Assembly (NCBI RefSeq): GCF_913053745.1
Contig: NZ_CAJXGF010000004.1
Span: forward strand, 1,157 to 65,156
From: an uncultured Nitratireductor sp.
GTDB taxonomy: Bacteria > Pseudomonadota > Alphaproteobacteria > Rhizobiales > Rhizobiaceae
Reading direction: 5' to 3'
Length of the DNA: 64,000 nt
Shown: piece by piece, positions 38,725-47,270 of the stretch
Layout: each line of letters starts with the position of its first letter
Numbering within the stretch: the stretch's first letter is position 1
The notes under the pieces: generated by a model
What the model was told of the DNA's origin: nothing
Seen by the model: the letters and a program-made list of their open reading frames with translations, nothing else
Databases searched by the model: none
Made by a program: the position numbers and the translations under genes

Positions 38725-39681
38725 ATGCCGTCCCGGGTTCTTCGTTTCCTCGTTCTGGCGCTTGTCGCTTCCCTTGGCGTTGGCATTTCGCCACCGGCAA
38801 GGGCGCAGCAACGCGTCCAGGCCGTTGTGACGACCAATCTCGACATGCATCAGGGACCGGGCACGGATTACCGCGCCGTCCTCACGATACCGCGCGGTGC
38901 GCGGGTGGGGATCCTGCGCTGCACGGACCGCTATGAATGGTGCGAGGTGGGATATGCGGCGCGGTCGGGCTGGGTATCGGCGCGCCATCTGCGCGACACG
39001 CGCCGGCGATTTCAGGACCGCCCGGTCTCCGATATCGGTGCGGCGCTGGGGATCGAACTGTTCGACTTCGTGTTGCGTGAGCTGGATGAAGGCCGCAGCG
39101 AGGATGAAGGGTTCGACGACGACCGTTTCGAAGGGGTCCGCCGGCCTACGCCGCGCAATGTCTGTTTCTACGATCGGCCGGACTATCGGGGCCGTCCCTT
39201 CTGTGCGGGCATTGGCGACGATGCACGGGCGATTGCCGACCGCTGGGATGGCCGGGTGGCATCCATTCGGGTCGGCAAACGCACTTCGCTCGAAATCTGC
39301 TCGCGGCGAAACCATCGCGGCCGCTGTGACCTGTTGACGCGCGATGTGCGCCTCCTGCGTGGTCGCAGCGCGGTGGCTTCCTACCGAGTTCATCGCCGGC
39401 GCGCCGGCGATGAGGACGATTTCGAACGCATCCGCCGCGCCTGTTTCTATGAACACAGCGAGTTCCGCGGCGCACGGCTCTGCTTCGATGCCGGCGACGG
39501 TGCAGCGCGGTTGCCGCGCCAGTGGTACGATCGCATCTCCTCGATAAAGGTGGAGGGGGGTGCGGAGGCGCGCATTTGCGGTCGACGCAATTTCGGCGGC
39601 CGGTGCGAAACGATCACGCGCGATCTTCGCAGATTGCGCGGCTATTTCGACGATGCGATCGGTTCTATCGAGGTCTACTGA
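38725..39681 (+). CDS. Secreted protein: SH3b-like domain plus two beta/gamma-crystallin-like (I36-like) repeats
   Basis: AAAGGAG Shine-Dalgarno and a signal peptide ending ARA-QQ. SH3b-like LDMHQGPGTDYRAVLTIPRGARVGILRCTDRYEWCEVGYAARSGWVSARHL. Two internal repeats of the form CFY...(Y/F)RG..(F/L)C...W..R(V/I).SI(R/K)V...IC.RRN..GRC...TRD(V/L)R.LRG. Confidence 0.8.
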   Translation: MPSRVLRFLVLALVASLGVGISPPARAQQRVQAVVTTNLDMHQGPGTDYRAVLTIPRGARVGILRCTDRYEWCEVGYAARSGWVSARHLRDTRRRFQDRPVSDIGAALGIELFDFVLRELDEGRSEDEGFDDDRFEGVRRPTPRNVCFYDRPDYRGRPFCAGIGDDARAIADRWDGRVASIRVGKRTSLEICSRRNHRGRCDLLTRDVRLLRGRSAVASYRVHRRRAGDEDDFERIRRACFYEHSEFRGARLCFDAGDGAARLPRQWYDRISSIKVEGGAEARICGRRNFGGRCETITRDLRRLRGYFDDAIGSIEVY

Positions 39682-39877
39682 CAGCGGTTTCCCTTCTCCA
39701 ACGTCGCGAGCGCCGGCTGTCTGGTCGGCGTTGTCGTTTGAATGCCGGTTACTCGTAAATATGAGTTTTAAAATCATCTTTTAATTCAATGAGATGTGCG
39801 CAGTTTGGAAATTTGACCGATTGATAAAAAAATGAAACTGCGTTAGCCTGTTCCCAATAATATAAGGGGAATACGGA

Positions 39878-41230
39878 ATGGCTGATGGTCTCTACGCGGA
39901 CGGCATCGCCGCCGGCCGCCTTTCCGATAAGGATTACGAAAAGAACTTCGCCGACCTGCATCCGCCGCTCGATCGCCATGAAGCGGCCGTTGAAGCGGAT
40001 CGCTGTTACTTCTGCTACGACGCGCCGTGCACAACGGCGTGCCCGACATCGATAGACATCCCCATGTTCATCCGGCAGATCGCGACGGACAATCCGTTGG
40101 GCTCGGCCAAGACGATCTTCGATCAGAACATCCTGGGTGGCATGTGCGCCCGTGTCTGCCCCACGGAGACGCTTTGCGAAGAGGCCTGCGTACGCGAGGA
40201 GGCGGAGGGCAAGCCGGTTCAGATCGGCAGGCTTCAGCGTTATGCCACCGACGCGGCCATGCAGGCCGACGCGCAATTCTATGAGCGTGCGGCTCCCACC
40301 GGCAAACGTATCGCCATTGTCGGGGCCGGGCCTGCGGGACTGGCCTGCGCGCACCGTCTGGCCGTGCACGGCCACGATGTGACCGTTTTCGAGGCGCGGC
40401 CCAAGCCTGGCGGACTGAACGAATTCGGCATCGCCGCCTACAAGACCCCGGACGGCTTCGCCCAGGCCGAAGTGGACTATGTGACGGCCATCGGCGGTAT
40501 CGTGCTCGAGCAAGGAAAGGCGCTGGGGCGGGATTTCTCGCTCGGTGACCTGACCCGCGACCATGACGCCGTCTTTCTCGGCATGGGGCTTGCCGGCGTC
40601 AATGCGCTCGGTGCGCGTGGCGAGGAAGCCGAGGGCGTCGAGAGTGCCGTCGATTACATTGCCCATCTGCGTCAGGCAAAGGATCTCGCGACCCTGCCGG
40701 TCGGTCGGCGCGTCGTCGTCATTGGCGGTGGCATGACCGCCATCGATGCCGCAGTTCAGGCACGGCTTCTGGGCGCGGAAGAGGTCACGATCTGCTACCG
40801 GCGCGGCCAGGAACACATGAACGCGTCGGAGTTCGAGCAGGATCTGGCGGCCTCGAAGGGTGTCATCATCCGGCACTGGTTACAGCCTGTGCGCATCGTC
40901 GCCGAAAACGGCACGGTGAGCGGGATCGAGCTTGAATACACGGCGCTGAAGGACGGCAGGCTTTCAGGCACGGGTGAGACGTTGACCCTGCGCGCCGATC
41001 AGGTCTTCAAGGCGATCGGTCAGTCGTTCGAGGCGGGCGTGCTCAATGGCAGCACCGCGTCGGTTGCGCTGGAGGGACGCCGCATCAAGGTGGATGCGGA
41101 AGGACGCACCTCCATGCCGAAGGTCTGGGCCGGAGGCGACTGCATCGCCGGCGGTGACGATCTCACCGTCTCGGCGGTCGCGCAGGGGCGCGACGCGGCC
41201 GAGAGCATTCATCGCGCATTGGCCGGCTGA
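39878..41230 (+). CDS. preT: NAD-dependent dihydropyrimidine dehydrogenase subunit PreT
   Basis: Fe-S Cys motifs (CYFCYDAPCTTACP, CARVCPTETLCEEAC) and dinucleotide fold IAIVGAGPAGLACA, a GltD-like architecture. Confidence 0.9.
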   Translation: MADGLYADGIAAGRLSDKDYEKNFADLHPPLDRHEAAVEADRCYFCYDAPCTTACPTSIDIPMFIRQIATDNPLGSAKTIFDQNILGGMCARVCPTETLCEEACVREEAEGKPVQIGRLQRYATDAAMQADAQFYERAAPTGKRIAIVGAGPAGLACAHRLAVHGHDVTVFEARPKPGGLNEFGIAAYKTPDGFAQAEVDYVTAIGGIVLEQGKALGRDFSLGDLTRDHDAVFLGMGLAGVNALGARGEEAEGVESAVDYIAHLRQAKDLATLPVGRRVVVIGGGMTAIDAAVQARLLGAEEVTICYRRGQEHMNASEFEQDLAASKGVIIRHWLQPVRIVAENGTVSGIELEYTALKDGRLSGTGETLTLRADQVFKAIGQSFEAGVLNGSTASVALEGRRIKVDAEGRTSMPKVWAGGDCIAGGDDLTVSAVAQGRDAAESIHRALAG

Positions 41231-41243
41231 GGAGCGGAAAACC

Positions 41244-42554
41244 ATGGCAGACATTCGCAGCAATTTCGTTGGTATCAAGTCTCCCAATCCCTTCTGGCTT
41301 GCATCCGCACCGCCCACGGACAAGGCTTACAATGTCGAGCGCGCCTTCAAGGCGGGCTGGGGCGGCGTCGTGTGGAAAACACTCGGCGAAGAGGGACCGC
41401 CCGTCGTCAATGTCAACGGGCCGCGTTATGGCGCGATCTGGGGCGCGGACCGCCGGCTTCTGGGCTTGAACAACATCGAATTGATCACCGACCGCGATCT
41501 CTATCTGAATCTGCGGGAGATCAAGCAGGTCAAGAAGAACTGGCCGGACCGGGCGCTCATCGTCTCGCTCATGGTGCCCTGCGAGGAGGCGGCATGGAAG
41601 GCGATCCTGCCGTTGGTCGAGGAGACCGAAGCCGATGGTATCGAGCTCAATTTCGGCTGCCCGCATGGCATGAGCGAGCGCGGTATGGGGTCGGCCGTCG
41701 GCCAGGTGCCCGAGTATGTCGAGATGGTTGTGCGTTGGTGCAAGCAGACCACGCGCATGCCGGTCATCACCAAGCTGACACCGAACATCACCGATGTGCG
41801 CAAGCCCGCGCGCGCGGCGCATGCCGGCGGTACGGATGCGGTCTCGCTCATCAACACGATCAATTCGATTACGGCGGTCGATCTCGACAGTTTCGCGCCC
41901 GAGCCGACCATCGACGGCAAGGGGTCGCATGGCGGCTATTGCGGTCCGGCGGTGAAGCCGATCGCGCTCAACATGGTTGCCGAAATCGCCCGCGATCCGG
42001 CGCTTGCCGGCCTGCCGATCTCCGGCATCGGCGGCGTCACCACCTGGCGCGACGCGGCCGAGTTTTTGGCGCTGGGCGCTGGCACCGTACAGGTATGCAC
42101 TGCCGCCATGACCTACGGTTTCAAGATCGTCGAGGAAATGGTCGAGGGGCTGGAAAACTGGATGGACGCCAAAGGGCTTGCGTCGTTGGACGAGGTGGTA
42201 GGCCGGGCGACGCCCAATGTGACCGATTGGCAGTATCTGAACCTCAACTATGTCACAAAGGCTCGCATCGATCAGGATCAGTGCATTAAGTGCGGGCGTT
42301 GCCATATTGCCTGCGAGGACACCTCGCATCAGGCGATCACCGCCATGGTCGACGGCAAGCGCCATTTCGAAGTGATCGAGGAAGAATGCGTCGGCTGCAA
42401 TCTTTGCGTCAATGTCTGTCCGGTCGAAGGCTGCATAGACATGGTGCCGCTGGCTGCCGGAGCGCTCGACAAGCGCACGGGCGAAAAGGTCGAGCCGGTC
42501 TATGCCAACTGGACGACGCACCCGAACAACCCGTCCAAGGTGGCAGCCGAATAG
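41244..42554 (+). CDS. preA: NAD-dependent dihydropyrimidine dehydrogenase subunit PreA
   Basis: MADIRSNFVGIKSPNPFWLASAPP..., DHOD-like TIM barrel (GIELNFGCPHGM), C-terminal 2x[4Fe-4S] (CIKCGRCHIAC, CVGCNLCVNVCP). Confidence 0.92.
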   Translation: MADIRSNFVGIKSPNPFWLASAPPTDKAYNVERAFKAGWGGVVWKTLGEEGPPVVNVNGPRYGAIWGADRRLLGLNNIELITDRDLYLNLREIKQVKKNWPDRALIVSLMVPCEEAAWKAILPLVEETEADGIELNFGCPHGMSERGMGSAVGQVPEYVEMVVRWCKQTTRMPVITKLTPNITDVRKPARAAHAGGTDAVSLINTINSITAVDLDSFAPEPTIDGKGSHGGYCGPAVKPIALNMVAEIARDPALAGLPISGIGGVTTWRDAAEFLALGAGTVQVCTAAMTYGFKIVEEMVEGLENWMDAKGLASLDEVVGRATPNVTDWQYLNLNYVTKARIDQDQCIKCGRCHIACEDTSHQAITAMVDGKRHFEVIEEECVGCNLCVNVCPVEGCIDMVPLAAGALDKRTGEKVEPVYANWTTHPNNPSKVAAE

Positions 42555-42791
42555 ATGTAGAGAGCGGCGGCGCAGTGCCGCCGTTCCCGATCTCGCCCAC
42601 CCTGAGACCGTCTGTCGGGTGAGGATCACCCCGTCATTCTTCTTCAGCAATCGTTTCAGGCGCTCGGGATAGTCGTCGCATGACGGATTTGCACACCCGC
42701 TGGACGTCGGGCGAGGCACTGGCCCCATATCTGCCTACCGCGTAAACCATCGGATACACCGGAGCCGGCGATCTCGTCGAAGACATCGAAA

Positions 42792-43055
42792 TTGCGGAAG
42801 GCGGGCGGTCTGCCGCTGATAGCCTGGTACGAAGCGCTTTGGGGACTGGGGAAAGCGGGTGAGGCGGGGCTGCATCCGTTCGAGCTGGAAAGGGCGATGC
42901 TGTTCGAGCAGTACAAGCTTTTGCGACCGGTGGAACGGTTGGTGAATATAGATTTGCTGGAACGCTGCGCATGTTCCCGGGACGGTTGGGGACAGGCTTT
43001 GTTCATCAACAGAAGGGGCAAGGACGTGCGAGCGCATGTCGTCCGTTTGAGGTGA
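42792..43055 (+). pseudogene. Possible truncated MarR-like winged-helix ORF
   Basis: TTG-initiated 87-aa ORF. GLPLIAWYEALWGLGKAGEAGLHPFELERAMLFEQYKLLRPVERLVNIDLLERCACSRDGWGQALFINRRG resembles a MarR wHTH core, but the N- and C-terminal helices are missing. No Shine-Dalgarno seen. Confidence 0.3.
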
Positions 43056-43207
43056 GGCCGAAACCGTTGGTGGCCGGCTCGGTCGCGATGAGGCCCGGAT
43101 CCTCAGGGATCCAATGCGAAAACTCGATTATCTTAACCGGCCGACTTCCTGCCATGGTCCTGTCAGGATGAGTCAGAAGCCATTCTCACTCCTATTGTAG
43201 TTATAAA

Positions 43208-43220
43208 ATATCCAGGATAT
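43208..43220. promoter_or_regulatory. 13-bp perfect palindrome upstream of the Rrf2 gene (candidate operator)
   Basis: ATATCC-A-GGATAT, followed by a partial repeat AATATCCA at 43223-43230, in an AT-rich promoter region. Confidence 0.35.
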
Positions 43221-43246
43221 TAAATATCCATGATTAGGAGAGCGAA

Positions 43247-43744
43247 ATGAAACTCAGTGAAGGCGTCGAAGCGGCGATCCATTGCGCTACACTGCTTGCA
43301 CAGTTGGAAGAGGGGCGGACCATGCCTGCCAGCGCGCTTGCCGAGTATCACGGCCTCTCGCCCAGCTATCTGCTGAAGCATCTGAAGACGCTGGCGGCGG
43401 CGGGCATTCTGGAATCCGTTTCCGGACCGCATGGCGGTTATCGTCTCGCGCGTTCTGCCGAGGCGGTCACCTTGCTTGACGTGGTGCTCGCCATCGAGGG
43501 GCCGAAGCCGGCGTTTCGCTGCGCTGAAATTCGCCAGCGCGGACCGGGTGCGCTGGAACCGCAGGCCTACGCGCAGCCATGTGGCATCAACATTGCCATG
43601 CTGCGCGCCGAACAGGCCTATCGCGCCGAACTGCGCAAAACGCGGCTCTCGGATGTGATCTCCAATTACGAAGCGACCGCCGACCCCCGATCGATCGCGT
43701 TCGGTTGTGCCTTTGTGGACCGCAACCAGCGTCCGCAAGGCTGA
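43247..43744 (+). CDS. Rrf2 family transcriptional regulator
   Basis: MKLSEGVEAAIHCATLLA...LSPSYLLKHLKTLAAAGILESVSGPHGGYRLAR. Confidence 0.9.
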   Translation: MKLSEGVEAAIHCATLLAQLEEGRTMPASALAEYHGLSPSYLLKHLKTLAAAGILESVSGPHGGYRLARSAEAVTLLDVVLAIEGPKPAFRCAEIRQRGPGALEPQAYAQPCGINIAMLRAEQAYRAELRKTRLSDVISNYEATADPRSIAFGCAFVDRNQRPQG

Positions 43745-43769
43745 ACTTATCCTCCCGCAATGAAAGGAA

Positions 43770-44243
43770 ATGACCGTGAAGGAACGTCTGAACTACATGA
43801 AAACCGACCCGAAGCTGCTCGGTGCCGTGCTGAACCTCAAGAAGGCGGTGGACGAATCCGGCCTGGATCGCGGGCTCACCCATCTGGTGAATCTGCGCGC
43901 CTCGCAGATCAATGGGTGCGGTTACTGCGTCGATATGCACACCCGCGAAGCCCGGCGGGATGGCGAGAGCGAACAGCGCGTGCATCTGGTGTCGGCTTGG
44001 CGGGAATCGCCGCTTTATACGGACCGTGAGCGTGCGGCTTTCACCTGGACTGAACGCCTGACGAAGATCTCCGATGGCCCCGTCGAGGATGCCCTCTATG
44101 CGCATATGTTGGAGCATTTCTCCGAGGAGGAACTGGTAAAGCTGTCGGTGCTTATCGGTCTGATCAATGTCTGGAACCGGGTGGTGATCCCGTTCCGCTC
44201 GGTTCATCCAATCGTCGGCGACCAGGAAATCGCCGCCGCCTGA
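43770..44243 (+). CDS. Carboxymuconolactone decarboxylase/AhpD-like family protein
   Basis: LVNLRASQINGCGYCVDMHTREARRDGE is the AhpD-core CxxC motif. Confidence 0.88.
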   Translation: MTVKERLNYMKTDPKLLGAVLNLKKAVDESGLDRGLTHLVNLRASQINGCGYCVDMHTREARRDGESEQRVHLVSAWRESPLYTDRERAAFTWTERLTKISDGPVEDALYAHMLEHFSEEELVKLSVLIGLINVWNRVVIPFRSVHPIVGDQEIAAA

Positions 44244-44287
44244 TCCTTACAAGCACAACCACCCCGCCCGAAAGGGGCGGGGCAAGC

Positions 44288-44677
44288 GTGAAAGAAAACC
44301 CCATGTTCAATTCCGATATCCTGTTTTTGCCGTTTTTGGGAAGCTTGCTCCTGGGGGGTGCGTTCGTGTTCGCCGGACTGCGCAACCTCGGCAACATTCC
44401 GTTTCTGACAGGTGTTCTTGCGGGCCGCGGCGTGCCTCTGGCGCGGGCCGCGCTTTTTGCCGGGATCGCGCTCCAGTGCGTGGCGGGCACGTTGCTGATC
44501 GCGGGCATCTACCCTGCCTATGCGGCGGCTGGGTTGATCGTCTTTCTCGTCATTGCAACCTTGATCTTTCACAATTTCTGGGATCATGACGGACCTGATC
44601 GGGTCGCACGCATCAATGGTGTCGTTTCCAACGTCGCACTCGCCGGCGGATTTCTCCTGATCATTGCCAATAGCTGA
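44288..44677 (+). CDS. DoxX family membrane protein
   Basis: Four TM helices. FAGLRNL...IFHNFWD motif typical of DoxX. Start uncertain (GTG at 44288 or ATG at 44303). Confidence 0.8.
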   Translation: MKENPMFNSDILFLPFLGSLLLGGAFVFAGLRNLGNIPFLTGVLAGRGVPLARAALFAGIALQCVAGTLLIAGIYPAYAAAGLIVFLVIATLIFHNFWDHDGPDRVARINGVVSNVALAGGFLLIIANS

Positions 44678-44769
44678 TCCACGATCCGACTTTTTGCCGA
44701 ACAGCCGGGAAATCGGTTCCGATTTCCCGGCCGTTCCTTTAGGCAGGGAGACAAGAGCGGGAGGGCGCA

Positions 44770-45714
44770 TTGACGGAAACCGTGGATACGAAGATGGCGC
44801 GGCGCGATGCGCACCGAAAAAGCGCCACGGGAGCACAAAAAAAGCTCGGGCACCTCGCCATGCTCGGCTTTGCCATACTGGTGGCCGGATCCTTCTCTCT
44901 GGGTTCGCTCGCGGCGCCGCATATCGGGCCTGTCGCGCTTAATGCCGCCCGTTTCCTGATCGGCATTCTCTTCATGGGTTTGGTGGTGCGTTTCGTGCTT
45001 CGCCAGCAGCTTCCCTTGCCCAAGGCGCCATGGCGCTTTCTGGTGCTGGGCGGCCTGATGGCGTTCTACTTTGTCACCATGTTTGTGGCGCTTGGCATGA
45101 CAAGCCCGGTTTCCACCGGCGCGGTCTTCACGTTGATGCCTCTGTTGAGCGCATTTTTCGGTTTTCTCTTCCTCCGGCAGGTGCCGCGCGGGCTTGTGGT
45201 TCCAAGTCTCGTTCTGGCCGGGCTCGGCTCCGTGTGGGTTATTTTCGATGGCGATCTCGAGGCGATGCGCCGCTTCGATATGGGCGAAGGCGAGCTGATC
45301 TTTTTTGCCGGTGTCGTGGGACACGCGGCCTACGCCTCGCTTGTGCGGCTCTACAATCGCGGCGAGCCGGTTATTGCCTTCACTTTCTGGACGCTTTTGG
45401 CGACCGGTCTGCTCATCGGCGTTTACGGTGTGGGCGAGATCGCCGCGACGGACTGGCTTTCCCTTCCTTCGGTCACCTGGATCGCGATCTTTTATCTGGC
45501 GATCTTCACGACCGCCGGCACCTTCTTCCTGCTTCAGTTCGCGGCCCTGCGGCTACCGGCCTCCAAGGTGCTTGCGTACAATTATCTAACGCCGACGCTG
45601 ATCATCGTGTTCGAAGGCCTGCTCGGCCATGGATGGGCGAGCTTTTCCGTCATGGCCGGGGCGGTGGTGACCATTCTCGGACTTGTCATTCTGGCGCTAT
45701 CGCCTGAGGGTTGA
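44770..45714 (+). CDS. DMT (EamA-like) family transporter
   Basis: Ten predicted TM helices in two EamA-like halves. TTG start 5 nt after GGGAGGG. Confidence 0.85.
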   Translation: MTETVDTKMARRDAHRKSATGAQKKLGHLAMLGFAILVAGSFSLGSLAAPHIGPVALNAARFLIGILFMGLVVRFVLRQQLPLPKAPWRFLVLGGLMAFYFVTMFVALGMTSPVSTGAVFTLMPLLSAFFGFLFLRQVPRGLVVPSLVLAGLGSVWVIFDGDLEAMRRFDMGEGELIFFAGVVGHAAYASLVRLYNRGEPVIAFTFWTLLATGLLIGVYGVGEIAATDWLSLPSVTWIAIFYLAIFTTAGTFFLLQFAALRLPASKVLAYNYLTPTLIIVFEGLLGHGWASFSVMAGAVVTILGLVILALSPEG

Positions 45715-46590
45715 TCAGGCACCGAAACGGTGCTTGAAGGCGTCTGCGTCGATGAGTGGTGGCAACCCCGTCCCGTCGAGCCATGCTTCGCTCGGCCCGC
45801 TCAGACTGGCATAGATACCGCCCACCAGCTTGCGCGCATGCTCGCCGGGCCAGTCCTGAGGAAGAAGTGCGATTGGCAGGCCGGGGTCGCGCAGCACGAT
45901 GCGTCGCCAGTCATGGATGAGCAGCGTGCGCGCCGCCATGGCGTCGATGGGGGTGGGCAGGGGCGTGCTGGCAAGCTGTGCGGCCAGCGGCGCATAATCG
46001 GCGATCAGCCCCGCATAGGCGTTGGCGATCTCGTCCGAGGGCCACAGGCTTCGCAACATCTGCGGATGTTCGGCACTGGAGCCGTGGATTATGAGCGTAT
46101 CGGCAAGCGTGGCGTCGTAATTCGGCTCAAGGGTGCGAGGCAGGAGATACACGCCTTCAGCGATCTTGAGGAACCCGCTGTCCTTCAAAGCTTCGTCATG
46201 AGCGCGATGGCCGCCGGGCGGTGCGATGGCGACTGTCCAGGAACCATCCCAGCCAGGCGCACCGGCCGCATAGATACGTCGCGTCGCGAGATCGAAGGCA
46301 TGCTGGCCGTGCTTGTCGAGGGAGAAGAACGAGTTTCGTCCGCGCCGCTCACGCACCACCCAGCCGTCGCTGGCAAGCCGCGACATGGCAGTGCGCAGCG
46401 CGCCGGCCTCGATGCCGAGCCGTGCCATCACGTCCTGAAGGCTCGCAAGCGGTGCCTCGCCGCCACGGGGCACGATGGCGTCGCCGAAAAGGGTGATGAC
46501 CAGCGACCAGACCCTGAGTCGGCCGCGTCGGTGCAGACGGTCGATCAGCTCGGAAAGGGTCGTTTCGACAGGTTCTGTTGGCGCATCCAT
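45715..46590 (-). CDS. paaX: PaaX family transcriptional regulator
   Basis: RVWSLVITLFGDAIVPRGGEAPLASLQDVMARLGIEAGALRTAMSRLASDGWV..RRGRNSFFSL is diagnostic PaaX N-terminal wHTH. The PaaX C-terminal domain follows. Confidence 0.88.
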   Translation of the reverse strand: MDAPTEPVETTLSELIDRLHRRGRLRVWSLVITLFGDAIVPRGGEAPLASLQDVMARLGIEAGALRTAMSRLASDGWVVRERRGRNSFFSLDKHGQHAFDLATRRIYAAGAPGWDGSWTVAIAPPGGHRAHDEALKDSGFLKIAEGVYLLPRTLEPNYDATLADTLIIHGSSAEHPQMLRSLWPSDEIANAYAGLIADYAPLAAQLASTPLPTPIDAMAARTLLIHDWRRIVLRDPGLPIALLPQDWPGEHARKLVGGIYASLSGPSEAWLDGTGLPPLIDADAFKHRFGA

Positions 46591-46630
46591 CTTTCCCAAA
46601 TGCCACGGGATCGCAGAACGGGCAAGATTG

Positions 46631-47227
46631 TCAGGAGATCTCCTTCACACCGCTCACAAGCAGATGGGTCGCGAGTTTTGCATAGTCGTGCCGTGAGATA
46701 CCGCGATCCTCCCGAAACCACATGTAGAACCAGTTAAGCATGCCGAACAGGCTCATTGTGACCGGTTTCAGAAGGGGCCTGTTGTCGAACGCGCTCGGAT
46801 TCACCTGCCTTACAGCCTCGGCGAAGGTCGCCACCAGACGCCGCTCCAGCGCTTTCAACTCTTCCTGTTGCGCATCAGGCAGGAGTTGCAGACCGGAAAG
46901 CTGGACGCGGTGTTCGTTGTCGGCATCGCGGTAGGCTTCAAGCAGGGCGGTGACCAGCCCTTCGAGGCGATCCCGGGGTGCAGCCTCCCGGCAGTCCGCC
47001 TCTTCCACCGCCTCCACCAGGTCCTGAAGATGCGTTTCGATAATGTCGAAAAGCAGCGCTTCCTTGGAGGCATAGTAGTGATAGAGGAGAGCCTTAGAGA
47101 CACCCAATTCGGTCGCAAGCTGGTTCATCGAGGCGCGGTCGTAGCCGTCGCGCGCAAAAATGCGCGCCGCGCCATGCAATATGGCGTCGCGCTTATCGTC
47201 GTAGTCCTTGGCGCGGGTGCGGGCCAT
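46631..47227 (-). CDS. TetR family transcriptional regulator (possibly PaaR-like)
   Basis: HTH RDAILHGAARIFARDGYDRASMNQLATELGVSKALLYHYYASKEAL. Located directly upstream of paaK and paaI. Confidence 0.9.
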   Translation of the reverse strand: MARTRAKDYDDKRDAILHGAARIFARDGYDRASMNQLATELGVSKALLYHYYASKEALLFDIIETHLQDLVEAVEEADCREAAPRDRLEGLVTALLEAYRDADNEHRVQLSGLQLLPDAQQEELKALERRLVATFAEAVRQVNPSAFDNRPLLKPVTMSLFGMLNWFYMWFREDRGISRHDYAKLATHLLVSGVKEIS

Positions 47228-47270
47228 CAGCAGCTCTCATAGGGCGGGTACGCATGCATGTCCGGACCGC

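Noticed and set aside
38503-39777. 424-aa minus-strand ORF
   Set aside because: The plus-strand frame has a Shine-Dalgarno, a signal peptide, an SH3b-like domain and an internal duplicated domain. The minus-strand frame has none of these.
39800-39830. Possible sigma-54 promoter (TGGAAATTTGACCGATTG) upstream of preT
   Set aside because: It lacks the conserved GC of the -12 element at the correct spacing, so it is not supportable.
39749-42728. 375-aa and 521-aa minus-strand ORFs opposite preT and preA
   Set aside because: They are antisense to genes with clear Fe-S, FAD and TIM-barrel motifs.
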